Shown here one piece after another: positions 51,792 to 61,707 of a stretch of DNA of 64,000 bases. Numbering within the stretch: the first letter of the stretch is position 1; every line of letters starts with the position of its first letter. Under the pieces are notes generated by a model. The model had not been told where the DNA came from, searched no databases, and saw only the letters and a list, made by a program, of their open reading frames with translations. The stretch spans positions 448,001 to 512,000 of the forward strand of contig JAWLHY010000003.1 of NCBI GenBank assembly GCA_041690135.1. Direction: 5' to 3'. The DNA comes from Armatimonadota bacterium. Its GTDB lineage: Bacteria > Armatimonadota > SYMT01. A program made the translations under genes and the position numbers.

Positions 51792-53600
51792 ATGTCTCGA
51801 CCGGCGAAGGCTCTGGTGCTGCTAGGGATGTTGACGGGAGCAACGATACTGACCGGCTGTGGCGCGGAAGGAGGCGGAGCTCCGGCTGCCAGAGCAGGTG
51901 CGGTTCCGCCGAGCGCTCCCGCTCCGACGGGCTACATGGCGTCCGATGCAACCTCGGCTGCCGGCGCGGAAGCGGCGGTGGCCGGAAAGATGTCGTCGCA
52001 GGCGGTGGCGGCAGTGCCGATGCCCGCGGGCGGAGCGGCCGCGCCCCGTTCCGCGGGTGTTCCGGGTGGGGCGCCTCCGGCCCTGTACAACCCGAACATG
52101 TACGTCTCCAGCAACTACATGGGGGGGTCGGGAGCGAAGGACCGGCTGGAGAAGCTGATTGCGGAGGGGGTGCTGGTCGAGGGGAAGCGCGTCAAACTGG
52201 AAGCGTTCTCGCGCAACTACGCACAGGCGTTCCCGATCCCCATCCGCACCGCCCTGGGCCTGACCGCCGACCCCGAGCGGACGAAGATCGTAGAGACCGG
52301 CGGCCGGACTTACCTCCAGGTCGGGCTGCAGGCGATGAAGGGGGAGGCCGCGCGGCGTCCCGCCCTCAACGTGGCGCTGGTGATCGATACCAGCGGCTCC
52401 ATGCACCAGGAGGGGAAGATGGAGGCCGCGCGGAGAGCCGCGATGCGCCTGGTAGAGGGGCTGGGGCCGGGGGATATCCTCTCCGTCGTCTCATTCGATA
52501 GTGCGGCGAAGGTCGTGGTTCCCGCCCGGAAGGTGGACGATCGGCAGTCTCTCAAGCGCCGGATCGAAGCGCTCCAGCCGGGAGGTGAGACCAACATCTA
52601 CGACGGTCTTCGGCTCGGCTATCAGGAGGCGCGCAAAAACTCCGCACGGGACGGAGTCAGCCTGCTCATCCTGCTCTCCGACGGAGAGGTGACTTCCGGC
52701 GTGTCGGATCCTGCAGCCTTCCAACAGTTGGTGGCCGACCAGGCGGATGCGGAGGTCCAGACCACCTCCGTGGGCCTGGGGATCTCCTATAACGAGGACC
52801 TGATGCTGGCGATCGCCCGCGAGGGAAAGGGCAACTACCACTTCATCAAGGACGCCTCCGACACCGAGAAGGTGTTTCAGAAGGAGCTGGATGAGTTGAC
52901 CCAGGTGGTGGCACGAGCGGTCAAGCTGCGGGTCCGGCTGGCGGACGGCGTGGGTCTGGTACGGGTGCTCGGGTCGCAGGTGCTGGACGCGGCGCAGGCC
53001 CAACAGGTGCGGAAGGAAGAACAGAAGATCGACCGGAAGGTGGCGGAGGAACTGGGCATCACCACCAACCGCAAGCAGGAAGACGAGCCGGGCATCAAGA
53101 TGCTGATCCCGAACTTTTTCCGCGGCGATAGTCACGTGGTGATGCTCGAGATCGAAGTGCCGAAGGGGCGCAACCAGCGGAAAATCGCTGAGGTCTTCCT
53201 GAAGTACAAGGACCTGCCGCACCGGGCGAACCGCGAGGCCCAGGCCACGGTTCGGATGCAGTACACGCCGCACCGGTCCGAGATGATCGCGTCGATCCGG
53301 AAGCCGGTGAAGAAGAACCTGCTCGGGTTTCAGACCGGCGAGGCCTTGACGCAGGCCGCCGCTCTTCTCGAACAGGGACGGACCGCCGATGCCGTGAAGC
53401 TGCTCGATGAGCGGATGGTGGTGCTCGGCGTTGCCGCGCGCGAGTGGGGCGACCGCGACCTGGATCACGACGGCAAGCTCCTGGACCGTTATAAGTCCGT
53501 GGTGGCGCAGTACGGCCGGGATCAGCAGTTGGCCGGGTTGGAACTGGGCGACTACCTGCGCAAGTCGCTCACCTACGCGGGCTACCAGATGACGCGGTGA
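51792..53600 (+). CDS. VWA domain-containing lipoprotein (YfbK-like)
   Basis: Lipobox ILTGC; MIDAS DTSGSM, GETN, LLSDG, GKGNYHF; Ala/Pro-rich linker. Confidence 0.88.
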   Translation: MSRPAKALVLLGMLTGATILTGCGAEGGGAPAARAGAVPPSAPAPTGYMASDATSAAGAEAAVAGKMSSQAVAAVPMPAGGAAAPRSAGVPGGAPPALYNPNMYVSSNYMGGSGAKDRLEKLIAEGVLVEGKRVKLEAFSRNYAQAFPIPIRTALGLTADPERTKIVETGGRTYLQVGLQAMKGEAARRPALNVALVIDTSGSMHQEGKMEAARRAAMRLVEGLGPGDILSVVSFDSAAKVVVPARKVDDRQSLKRRIEALQPGGETNIYDGLRLGYQEARKNSARDGVSLLILLSDGEVTSGVSDPAAFQQLVADQADAEVQTTSVGLGISYNEDLMLAIAREGKGNYHFIKDASDTEKVFQKELDELTQVVARAVKLRVRLADGVGLVRVLGSQVLDAAQAQQVRKEEQKIDRKVAEELGITTNRKQEDEPGIKMLIPNFFRGDSHVVMLEIEVPKGRNQRKIAEVFLKYKDLPHRANREAQATVRMQYTPHRSEMIASIRKPVKKNLLGFQTGEALTQAAALLEQGRTADAVKLLDERMVVLGVAAREWGDRDLDHDGKLLDRYKSVVAQYGRDQQLAGLELGDYLRKSLTYAGYQMTR

Positions 53601-53668
53601 GTCGGGATCCGAGTTGCTCGTGCGTAGAGTGAGTGCCGGATCACGCCGGGTGACTCGGACATTTGGGA

Positions 53669-53943
53669 ACGTATTGCGTGATGCGTATTACGTAAGAGAC
53701 GGACATTGGGATAAGCGAGGGCAGGCCGGTTTCAACGGGCGAATGTAGGCGTGATACGGACGCCGCGGCTCCGGACTGCAGACACCGGGAGAGCCGGAAG
53801 CGCGTGATCTTCGAATAGGTTCACAGGAACCCATCGGCGCGGAGTGCTTACGCATTACGTATCACGCAGCAGCCCGAGGTAAATTCTCTGCTACGGTACC
53901 TACCTCGCACGTGGGCTTACGCATCACGTTTTGCGCATCACGC
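53669..53943. repeat. Inverted heptamer tandem tracts (RCGTRWT family)
   Basis: acgtattgcgtgatgcgtattacgtaag (53669-53696) vs cttacgcattacgtatcacgca (53847-53868) and cttacgcatcacgttttgcgcatcacgc (53916-53943). Confidence 0.8.
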
Positions 53944-53959
53944 GCCCAGGGGGTGAGCG

Positions 53960-54994
53960 TTGCCACAGAAGGAATTGGCGGCATATAGGTTGCCCTTGAA
54001 CGGTGACACCGTGCTGACCCCACCCCTCGGGGAGGCGGGGCCGGCGGAGATCGTGGTGGAAGGCGAATTGCACTTCGGCTACGCCGGCTTCCGCTTCGAC
54101 GCCCTGTACCGCGCGGCGCCCAACGGCCGCTACACTCAATCGCACGCTTATCTGCGTTGGAGCCCGCAGGCCCCGGTTCTAATCTCGGAAGATGTGGGAC
54201 GGCATCGGTACGTGTTCCGACTTCCTCCGGAGCTGGCCCGGAGCGGCCAGTCCCTGGGCCTCCGCCTGGACGTGGATCGCCTGGTAACCGAACACCTCAT
54301 CACCCCCTCGGAAGTTCGGCAGTCCTTATCCGGCGACATGCGGGTGCGCGTTCTGCAAGCAGCAGTTCCGCCTCCTTGGGGGCTGCTTATCGGAGGCGCC
54401 GCAGTACCCGCATTGCTGGCGGCCGGCGGAGTTGGGTTCATCGTCCGGCGTCGCATGGAGTTCCGAGGGCTGGATCCCGATCTTCATGCCCAGTTGGAGC
54501 GGATCGAGCAACGGTACGCAAGGGCCGCAAGGGCCGCCCGCGCGGGTGCGGATCGCCTGCTGCCTCTCCAGGGGCGGCTCCGGGGCCTCCGGCAGAGCGC
54601 CATAGGGCTGGCGCGCGAGGCTCAACAACTTCGCACGTCCCGACGGCATCTCGATGGGGTAGGCCTGGAGCGCGAGATCCTCCACCTGCAGGAAATATTG
54701 GGATCGGTTCAGGATCCCGTGGCGCGCCGGGATGGTGAAGCGGCGGTGGCCGAGAAGCGGAAGTCATTCCTGCTGCTGGGGGAACTGGAGGCCGTTGAGG
54801 CCCGGTGCGTGATGCGCCTGGCGAAAATTGAAGCGGTCCTCGATTCGGCGGCGCTCTCCCTCCGGGGCAGCCAGGGCCAGGTGGTCGCCGCTACTTCCGC
54901 CCGGGACGACGATGCGCTCTGTCGCACCCTGGATGCGGAAGTCGCGGCGATCCAGGAAGTCCAGCAGGAGTTGGCCCGCTGTACTCGTGCCTGA
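53960..54994 (+). CDS. Hypothetical membrane protein with a C-terminal coiled coil
   Basis: N-terminal beta-rich domain, TM helix WGLLIGGAAVPALLAAGGVGFIVRRR, long helical tail. Confidence 0.7.
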   Translation: MPQKELAAYRLPLNGDTVLTPPLGEAGPAEIVVEGELHFGYAGFRFDALYRAAPNGRYTQSHAYLRWSPQAPVLISEDVGRHRYVFRLPPELARSGQSLGLRLDVDRLVTEHLITPSEVRQSLSGDMRVRVLQAAVPPPWGLLIGGAAVPALLAAGGVGFIVRRRMEFRGLDPDLHAQLERIEQRYARAARAARAGADRLLPLQGRLRGLRQSAIGLAREAQQLRTSRRHLDGVGLEREILHLQEILGSVQDPVARRDGEAAVAEKRKSFLLLGELEAVEARCVMRLAKIEAVLDSAALSLRGSQGQVVAATSARDDDALCRTLDAEVAAIQEVQQELARCTRA

Positions 54995-55205
54995 GGCAAC
55001 GGCGAGTGTACGGCGAGCAGGGAGATCACTATTGCGGGCTTCTAGGGGTGATGTTGAAGCTACAGGAAAGTAGCCCGGCAATCTTTCAAACGTGACAGCC
55101 CGCACGCACCAAGACGGAACCGGGTCTGCCGACGACTATATTACAGAAGGATTCCCCACGACATCGCCTGCTCGGAACCACGAGCTGACCGCAATGGAGA
55201 ACTCA

Positions 55206-55967
55206 ATGGCGAGAAATTGGCTGACTCATCGACCCGCACTGCTTCCCCTCCTCGGCCTCGCCGGCGTGCTGGGCACCTCGGCGGCAGCGCCGGCGCAGCC
55301 GGGGAAATCCCTGGCGGACTACGCGCAAACCTCCCTCCGTGATCTGACGGCCGACGTCGACGTGATCTCCAAGAACAATGGTGAGCTGAAGAAGATCGGC
55401 AAGGGGTACGTGGACGGTTACAGCCTCTCCAGCCAGGAGATCTGGTGGTCGGTTCCGGACCGCGTCCGCTTCCAGGGCAAGAAAGGACTCATGACCGTCC
55501 GCAGGATCACCAACGGCGACCGGATGTTGCTGGAAGTGCCCCCCCTGCACCGGAAAGTGAGCGATCTTTCCAAGAAGCCGGGCAAAGGGGATAGCATATC
55601 CGACATCGGCATCATCACCGCCGACTGGGCCAAGGACGTCGGAAGCCGCTGGCTCCGGTCCGAGACCCGCAATGGGAAGACGGTGCAGGTGTTCGAGTAC
55701 TGGGAACGGCTCGACCCGCGCTACAAGCACACGATCGTGGTCGATCCGCAGTCCAAGACCATGCTGGAGCGGATCGACCATCACCGTAATAAAAAGGCGG
55801 TCGGCTTCCGCAAGCGCTTCGTCTACTCCGAGATCGTCAACATCAGCGGAATCAACATGCCCTCGCGGGTCGAGTTGTACAACGGAGAGAACCGCCTGGG
55901 GGCCGTCATGAAATACGAGAAGGTTCGCGTGAACACGAACCTCTCGGACAAGCTCTTCAAGATCTGA
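55206..55967 (+). CDS. LolA-like outer-membrane lipoprotein-sorting family protein
   Basis: Signal peptide; PDRVRF; ends VRVNTNLSDKLFKI; ggaga RBS. Confidence 0.7.
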   Translation: MARNWLTHRPALLPLLGLAGVLGTSAAAPAQPGKSLADYAQTSLRDLTADVDVISKNNGELKKIGKGYVDGYSLSSQEIWWSVPDRVRFQGKKGLMTVRRITNGDRMLLEVPPLHRKVSDLSKKPGKGDSISDIGIITADWAKDVGSRWLRSETRNGKTVQVFEYWERLDPRYKHTIVVDPQSKTMLERIDHHRNKKAVGFRKRFVYSEIVNISGINMPSRVELYNGENRLGAVMKYEKVRVNTNLSDKLFKI

Positions 55968-56886
55968 TGGGGTTCGTCTTCGCCATATCTTGAGCCAGCA
56001 GTTCGGAGCCCTCCGTCGTGAGCAGGTCCACGAAGGCACGCTGCGGCCGCGAGAGCGTTTTGCCCTTGCGGTGGATGATCGCCAGCGGCCGGCGGATCAC
56101 GCAATCCGACACGTTCAGCACGCGGAGGGCTCCGCTGCGGGCTTCTTCCCGCACCGAAAGCTGCGGCACCAGCGAGACGCCAAGACCCACCTCTACCATC
56201 TTCTTCAGGATCTCGATGTTGTCGCACTGCATCCGCACCTCCACCTTGACTTCTTGCTGATTGAAGAGGGTGTCGATGGCCTTCCGGGTGGGAATCTCCG
56301 GCTGGAACGCCACGAACGGGTAGCCATGTAGGTCCCGGAGCCGAATGGTCTCCCGTGCCGCCAGCGGATGTTCGTGGTTGCAGATCGCCACCAATTCATC
56401 CTCCACGAAGGGTAGGGTAACGACCCGGCCGCGGTCCTCCGGATAGGCGACCAGCCCGATGTCGGCATGCCCATCGATCACGGAGTGGTAGACCTGATCG
56501 GAGAGCTGGTACTCGATGTGGATATTCACCTCCGGATACCGGCGGATGAATTCCTTGAGGGAAGCCGGCAGCTCATAAAGCCCCACGCTATGCACGGTTG
56601 CGAGCCGGATCGTTCCCAGGACCTTGTCCTGACGCTCCAGCAGCACCGACTTGGCTTCCTGGGCCTTCCCCAGGATGTCCACAGCGTAATCGTAAAGAAT
56701 CTTCCCCTCTTCCGTTACGAGCACCCGGCGGGTGGTCCGCTCCACCAGCTTGGTTCCCAGTTCGTCTTCCAGCTTTTGGATGCTCAGGCTAACGGCGGGC
56801 TGGGTGATGAAGTGCCTTTCGGCGACCTTGGTGAAACTTTGCTCGCGCACGAGGTCCACGAAGAGGCGTAACTGATCAAACTCCAT
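55957..56886 (-). CDS. LysR family transcriptional regulator
   Basis: SFTKVAERHFITQPAVSLSIQKLEDELG HTH; LKKMVEVGLGVSLVP. Confidence 0.95.
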   Translation of the reverse strand: MEFDQLRLFVDLVREQSFTKVAERHFITQPAVSLSIQKLEDELGTKLVERTTRRVLVTEEGKILYDYAVDILGKAQEAKSVLLERQDKVLGTIRLATVHSVGLYELPASLKEFIRRYPEVNIHIEYQLSDQVYHSVIDGHADIGLVAYPEDRGRVVTLPFVEDELVAICNHEHPLAARETIRLRDLHGYPFVAFQPEIPTRKAIDTLFNQQEVKVEVRMQCDNIEILKKMVEVGLGVSLVPQLSVREEARSGALRVLNVSDCVIRRPLAIIHRKGKTLSRPQRAFVDLLTTEGSELLAQDMAKTNPIRS

Positions 56887-56991
56887 GGTGTTCCTTGCCG
56901 TCCCGACCCCCGGGACCTCTGGACGGGCACGGGACCTTCCGGCACTCATTCGCCCGCGTAATTAATTCCCGCCCATTGAATACTCCTGTTT

Positions 56992-57020
56992 ATTATAGGC
57001 ACGGGCGTCGCTTGCGCCAA
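56992..57020 (-). promoter_or_regulatory. Sigma70-type promoter for the LysR gene
   Basis: TTGGCG-N17-TATAAT on the minus strand about 105 bp upstream of the ATG. Confidence 0.6.
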
Positions 57021-57327
57021 CGGTTCGCCGAGTGGGTCGCAAGGACCGAACCCGTTCGGTCGTGGAAAACGGCTCCTACTCCTGAAGGAAGGCGAACGAC
57101 CGAGACCTACTCCTACGGCGGAATGAAGAATCCCTCATTCGAGCTATTGGGGCCCGGCAGGGAAGGAACCATCATTATTGCGGCAACGGCCAAGCAACAA
57201 TCAGTCCGGTTCCACCAGCCAGAGCCAGCACTCGGACCGGCAGCCCGTTCTCGGACGGCAGGTCCCTTACTTTGAGCATCCAACTTTCGCCCTTCGGCGT
57301 TCACTAATCTCCAGAGGAGTACTCGCA

Positions 57328-57684
57328 ATGAAGAACATGGGTAAGAAGCTCCGCCACGGCTTTACGCTCGTGGAAATCATGATCGTGGTGCTGATCATCG
57401 GCATCCTGCTCGCCATCGCCGTTCCGAACTTCATCAAGGCCCGCGAGAGCTCCCGCACCAAGAGCTGCGTCGCCAACCTGAAGCAGATCGACAGCGCCAA
57501 AGAGCAGTGGGCGATGGACAACAAGAAAGTCGCGGGCGACAGCGCGGGCTTCTCCGACCTGGTCGGCACGGACAAGTACATCAAGAGCACGCCCGAGTGC
57601 CCCAGCAGCGGCACCTACACCATCGCCGGCGTGGGCACTAACCCGTCCTGCTCCAAGAGCACCGACGGCCACGAACTGCCTTAA
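57328..57684 (+). CDS. Type IV pilin-like protein (prepilin N-methylation motif)
   Basis: KKLRHG/FTLVEIMIVVLIIGILLAIAVPNF; C-terminal CPSSG...C; gaggag RBS. Confidence 0.93.
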   Translation: MKNMGKKLRHGFTLVEIMIVVLIIGILLAIAVPNFIKARESSRTKSCVANLKQIDSAKEQWAMDNKKVAGDSAGFSDLVGTDKYIKSTPECPSSGTYTIAGVGTNPSCSKSTDGHELP

Positions 57685-57713
57685 TCCAGGGCAGCTTGAC
57701 CACCGTTTTTCGG

Positions 57714-57750
57714 GCGGGCGCGGAAACCTCACGGTTTCCGCGCCCGCATT
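57714..57750 (+). terminator. Strong hairpin after the pilin gene (probable terminator)
   Basis: 15-bp stem gcgggcgcggaaacc/ggtttccgcgcccgc; U-tract weak. Confidence 0.6.
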
Positions 57751-57767
57751 GGCGTACAGCTGTGGGA

Positions 57768-57802
57768 AAGTGCGAGGGGCGAAGTTCGAAATGCGAGGTG
57801 GG
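57768..57802. repeat. Degenerate heptamer tandem repeat (AAGTGCG-like, 5 units)
   Basis: aagtgcg aggggcg aagttcg aaatgcg aggtggg. Confidence 0.6.
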
Positions 57803-57966
57803 GAAACCACGGTGTAATGCATGATGTACTAGAAACGCGTGGTGGCTGGGTGTGAAGGCAAGCCGGCGAGCGGCAGGCTCTTGCGGGATTGGTACTGCGT
57901 CGCGGGAACCACGCAAGCGGGTATCCTGAGGGCAATGATCCCAAAGAGGCGGGAAGGAGGATCGCC

Positions 57967-58914
57967 ATGCATGCCACGACCGAGAAGTCTCCGGTAACGC
58001 GCCGCGTCTGGAGAGAACTGGAAGACACCCTGGCAACCGAAAACCCGGTGAAGCCATTGCGAATCCTGTTTGCCACGGATGGTTCCGAACACGCGCAGGC
58101 GGCTCGGGAGTTCCTGAAAGCGCTGCCGCTGGCGCCGGGGAGCGCCATCGAGTTCACGACCGTCATCACCCGTGATAGCTGGGAGCGGCCCGAGTGGCTG
58201 CGCGAGGCACTGAAGGAGTGGGCACTCCGGATTGAGGAGACGGCAACCCACGAGCTACCCTGGCCGGGAGTGGGTCTCTACACGACAACGCGCGAGGGCC
58301 GGGAGGCCGAGGAGATCCTGGAGGCCGCCGATGAGTTCGACGCCGACCTCATAGTGGTAGGCTCGCGCGGTCTGACCGGCCTCGATGCATTCCTGATCGG
58401 GAGTGTGGCCCGCAACGTTGTGAAACACGCCGTGACGCCGGTCCTCATCGGTAGAGCTCCGATTCAGGGACTGTCCGAGGTGGTACTCGCCGTGGACGAA
58501 TCGCCGCATGCGGCGGAAGCCACCGAGTTCCTAGCCCGGTTTCCATTGCCAAAGGACAGCCGCATTACCGTGGTGCACGTGATCCGCACGACCCACCCGG
58601 CGGTGGGTCTGATGGCGATTGACACCGCGGAGATCTACGAGGCGCTCCAGGAAGCGGAAGAAGAAGAGAAGGAACGTGGCCGGCTGTTGGCGGAGGGCGC
58701 CCGTGCCCGCCTGGAAGCCGCCGGGAAAAACGCTGTTGTCGAAGTGCGGGTGGGGGATCCTGCCGGTCAGATCCTGGCAATCACCACGGAACGGAACGCC
58801 GACCTCATCGTGGCGGGCGCTCGAGGAACCTCCTTAATCGAGAACCTGATCACCGGCAGCGTGGCGGACCGGCTCATAAAGACCGCCCCATGCTCGGTAC
58901 TCATCACCCGCTAG
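57967..58914 (+). CDS. Tandem-domain universal stress protein
   Basis: ILFATDGS...DLIVVGSRG...GSVARNV and a second domain LAVDES...DLIVAGARG...GSVADRL...PCSVL; aggagg RBS. Confidence 0.93.
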   Translation: MHATTEKSPVTRRVWRELEDTLATENPVKPLRILFATDGSEHAQAAREFLKALPLAPGSAIEFTTVITRDSWERPEWLREALKEWALRIEETATHELPWPGVGLYTTTREGREAEEILEAADEFDADLIVVGSRGLTGLDAFLIGSVARNVVKHAVTPVLIGRAPIQGLSEVVLAVDESPHAAEATEFLARFPLPKDSRITVVHVIRTTHPAVGLMAIDTAEIYEALQEAEEEEKERGRLLAEGARARLEAAGKNAVVEVRVGDPAGQILAITTERNADLIVAGARGTSLIENLITGSVADRLIKTAPCSVLITR

Positions 58915-58947
58915 CTAATTTGGCCCTGATTGGTACCGTTCGGCAGA

Positions 58948-59014
58948 GGGAATGGGAGAATGGCGAAACGGGGAGGCGAGAGCCATTCTCCCATCCCCCC
59001 ATTCCCTCCCCATC
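58948..59014. repeat. Octamer tandem-repeat hairpin (GGGAATGG / CCATTCYC)
   Basis: gggaatgg gagaatgg cgaaacgg ... ccattctc ccatcccc ccattccc. Confidence 0.7.
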
Positions 59015-59023
59015 CTCCACTCC

Positions 59024-59049
59024 GGTTAGTGGATACAAGCGGCGGGTAT
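59024..59049 (+). promoter_or_regulatory. SigB/SigF-like promoter candidate
   Basis: GGTT-N16-GGGTAT about 52 bp upstream of the kinase start. Confidence 0.45.
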
Positions 59050-59101
59050 AGTAATCGGGCGGTCTGACGACTGCTACTCACCCTGTGGAGGAGGACCTCT
59101 C

Positions 59102-60268
59102 GTGCCGAGGCAAGACCCCCCGGACGATGCGCTCCAGGCGGATCTCGAACGAACGGCGGAGCGCATCGTCCGGCTCAAGCCCGAGATCATCGAGCGCTGG
59201 AAAGAGCAGGTCCGGTCCGAAGTGCCCGGGGCGCAACCTCAACCGGATCCCCTGCTGATCAACAACCTTCCCGTGTTCCTTGATGATCTGGTCGAGGCGC
59301 TCCGGTTCGGAGGGGGAAATGCATGTACCGTTTCCGAAGCATGTCAGGCCCATGCCCGGGAGCGGGCTAGCCTCGCGGACTACTCCCTGGAGGAGGTGAT
59401 CCGGGAGTATCACCTGCTGCGAGGGGTTCTTCTCGAACTGCTGGAACCTGATCAACCGAGTCTGAAGGCCCGGATGATCATCCACGAGAGTATCGACCGG
59501 GGTATCCAGGAGGCGGCGGAACAATTCATGAACTCTCGCCAGCAGTCTCTCCTGGAGGCGGATCGACGCAAGAACGAGTTCATGGCCACCCTGGCGCACG
59601 AACTGCGGACCCCCCTGGGGGCTATCCGCAATGCGCTGTACGTCCTGGAACAACTGGGGATCGAGGATGAGCGCGCCCTGCGGCAGTTGACACTCGCCAA
59701 CCGGCAAAGCCGGAACCTGGCGCGCCTTGTTGACGACCTGCTCGACGTGTCGCGCGTGGTACGGGGTAAGCTAGAGCTTCGCCGGGAAGTGATCGACCTC
59801 GTGGCCGTGGCGGAAGGAGTCATCCAGACACTCCGGCCGTTGGTGGAGGCCAGTCGCCTGCACTTGCATGTGAGCCTTTCCCAGGAACCGCTCTGCGTAG
59901 AGGCCGATCCCGTGCGTCTGGAGCAAGTCATCTCGAACCTGCTGAACAACTCCGTGCGGTACACGCCGGAAGGCGGGGAGATCTGGGTGAGCCTGGAGCG
60001 TTCATCAGAGCGCTCGGGAGCGGCTTCGAAAGCCGTGCTACAGGTTCGCGATACGGGAATGGGGATCCATCCGGATCTTCTCCCAAAGATCTTCGATCTC
60101 TACATGCAGGCGCACTCGGGCTCAACCCGCTCCCGAGAAGGGTTGGGGATCGGCCTGACGCTGGTCCGGCGCCTGGTGGAGATTCACGGCGGCAGCGTGG
60201 CAGCCGAGAGCGCCGGGCCGGGTCAGGGCAGCCGGTTCACCGTGCGGCTGCCCCTGGTTTCAACCTAG
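59102..60268 (+). CDS. Cytoplasmic histidine kinase with RsbRD_N-like N-terminal domain
   Basis: IIERWKEQVR...HARER...EVIREYHLLR; AHELRTPL; GLGIGL; GTG start with ggagga RBS. Confidence 0.88.
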   Translation: MPRQDPPDDALQADLERTAERIVRLKPEIIERWKEQVRSEVPGAQPQPDPLLINNLPVFLDDLVEALRFGGGNACTVSEACQAHARERASLADYSLEEVIREYHLLRGVLLELLEPDQPSLKARMIIHESIDRGIQEAAEQFMNSRQQSLLEADRRKNEFMATLAHELRTPLGAIRNALYVLEQLGIEDERALRQLTLANRQSRNLARLVDDLLDVSRVVRGKLELRREVIDLVAVAEGVIQTLRPLVEASRLHLHVSLSQEPLCVEADPVRLEQVISNLLNNSVRYTPEGGEIWVSLERSSERSGAASKAVLQVRDTGMGIHPDLLPKIFDLYMQAHSGSTRSREGLGIGLTLVRRLVEIHGGSVAAESAGPGQGSRFTVRLPLVST

Positions 60269-61707
60269 GCAGCCTTTCGTTTGCACTCGTCAGTTTTGCC
60301 TCGATTTGGCTTCTGGTCGGGTTGGACGGTTTCGTAGCCGGCGGCCTTCCAGGCTTTCATGCTGCCGGGGATGTTGAATACCTCGCGGAACCCGTGCTGC
60401 TGGAGCAGGCTGGCGGCGATGCTGGCGCGGTAACCGCTGCCGCAGTAGGTGGCTACCGGCTTCCGGCGATCCAGTTCGCCGAGGTGCTCCGGCAGGTGCG
60501 GCGCGAAGAAGTGGCGGGCCGTGGGGATATGACCCTGCTTCCACTCGTCCGGTCGACGTACGTCCAGCAGTTGCAGGTCGTTCCGCCCCGCATCCAGGCG
60601 TTGCTTGAGGGTGTGCACGCTTAACTGTCCGGTGGTCTCGAAGGGGAGACCCGCTTCGATCCATCCGCGCATTCCCTTCCGTAGGAAGCCGCCGACCTTC
60701 TCGATGCCGATCCGCAGCAGGTGGCGCTGCACCCGGTCGAGTTCGCTTTCGTCGTGCAGCACGAGCAGGATCCGCTGGTCGGGGCCGAGCATCCAGCCGG
60801 ACCAGATCGGAAATTCGTCGCGGAGGGCGATGTTCAGCGCGCCGGGCACGTGGGCCCCACCGAACGCCTCGATCTCGCGGACATCGAGCACCAAAGTTCC
60901 TTCCGCATCCTTCTCTTCGCGGAGCCGGGATGCATCCATCGGCCGGACCGCGGGAAAACATCCCAGCACCGGGGGGCCCTCCGCATTGACCCGCTTCATC
61001 CGTGAATAGTAGACAGGGGGCTCCGGCAGCGAGGCCATGACGACGCGTACGAACTCGTCTTCCGACGAGACTTGAAGCTTGGGGTTGTGAAGGCGCTCGT
61101 AACCGACGGTGCTCGTTTTCCGGTCCCCGATGCTTCCGCCGCACGGCGATCCTTCTCCATGCGCGGGGTAGATCTCGACCTCGTCGCCCAGCGGGAGCAA
61201 CACGTCGTGCAGCGTGTGGAAGAGCTGCCGGGCGAGTCGCTCTTCGGTGCCGCCTCCGAGCAGGTCCGGCCGGCCCACTTCCCCAGCGAACAGCGTGTCG
61301 CCGGTGAACAACCCCCAGGGATCCTGGGAGCCTTTCCCGCCGCTAACCAGCCAGCAGACGTGTTCCGGCGTGTGACCCGGGGTGTGGTAGGTTTGCAGGC
61401 GGAGGCTGCCGATCTGGATTTTGTCCCCCTCACGCAGCGGCTGGTGCTCGAAAGCATAGTCCGGCGATTCTCCGGCGTAGATCGGCGCGCCGGTCTGGAC
61501 GGCGAGCTCCCGGCTGCCGGAGACGAAGTCCGCGTGGATGTGTGTTTCCAGGATGTGCGTGATCCGCGCGTGGTTCTTCCTGGCGATCTCCAGGTAGACG
61601 CCGATGTCGCGCCGGGGATCGATGACCGCGCAGACGCCTTCGGTCTCGTCGCCCAGCACATAGGAGAGATGCGCCAGGCCCTCGCTTTCCACGGTTTCCA
61701 GAATCAT
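60265..61707 (-). CDS. MBL-fold persulfide dioxygenase-rhodanese fusion (CstB/Blh-like)
   Basis: ETHIHADFVSG, TPGHTPEH, FTGDTLF, PAHG..GSPCG; two rhodanese domains, the second with CGSGYR. Confidence 0.9.
   Translation of the reverse strand: MILETVESEGLAHLSYVLGDETEGVCAVIDPRRDIGVYLEIARKNHARITHILETHIHADFVSGSRELAVQTGAPIYAGESPDYAFEHQPLREGDKIQIGSLRLQTYHTPGHTPEHVCWLVSGGKGSQDPWGLFTGDTLFAGEVGRPDLLGGGTEERLARQLFHTLHDVLLPLGDEVEIYPAHGEGSPCGGSIGDRKTSTVGYERLHNPKLQVSSEDEFVRVVMASLPEPPVYYSRMKRVNAEGPPVLGCFPAVRPMDASRLREEKDAEGTLVLDVREIEAFGGAHVPGALNIALRDEFPIWSGWMLGPDQRILLVLHDESELDRVQRHLLRIGIEKVGGFLRKGMRGWIEAGLPFETTGQLSVHTLKQRLDAGRNDLQLLDVRRPDEWKQGHIPTARHFFAPHLPEHLGELDRRKPVATYCGSGYRASIAASLLQQHGFREVFNIPGSMKAWKAAGYETVQPDQKPNRGKTDECKRKAA

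Noticed and set aside
57015-57060. c-di-GMP-I riboswitch (gagtgggtcgcaagg resembles part of the motif)
   Set aside because: The GGCAAA and GAAA-tetraloop P2 elements and the P3 arrangement are not present; a covariance-model search would be needed.
57899-57924. Stress-sigma promoter upstream of the USP gene
   Set aside because: GGGTAT is present but the -35 position reads GTCG without the TT, so it was not counted in the motif set.
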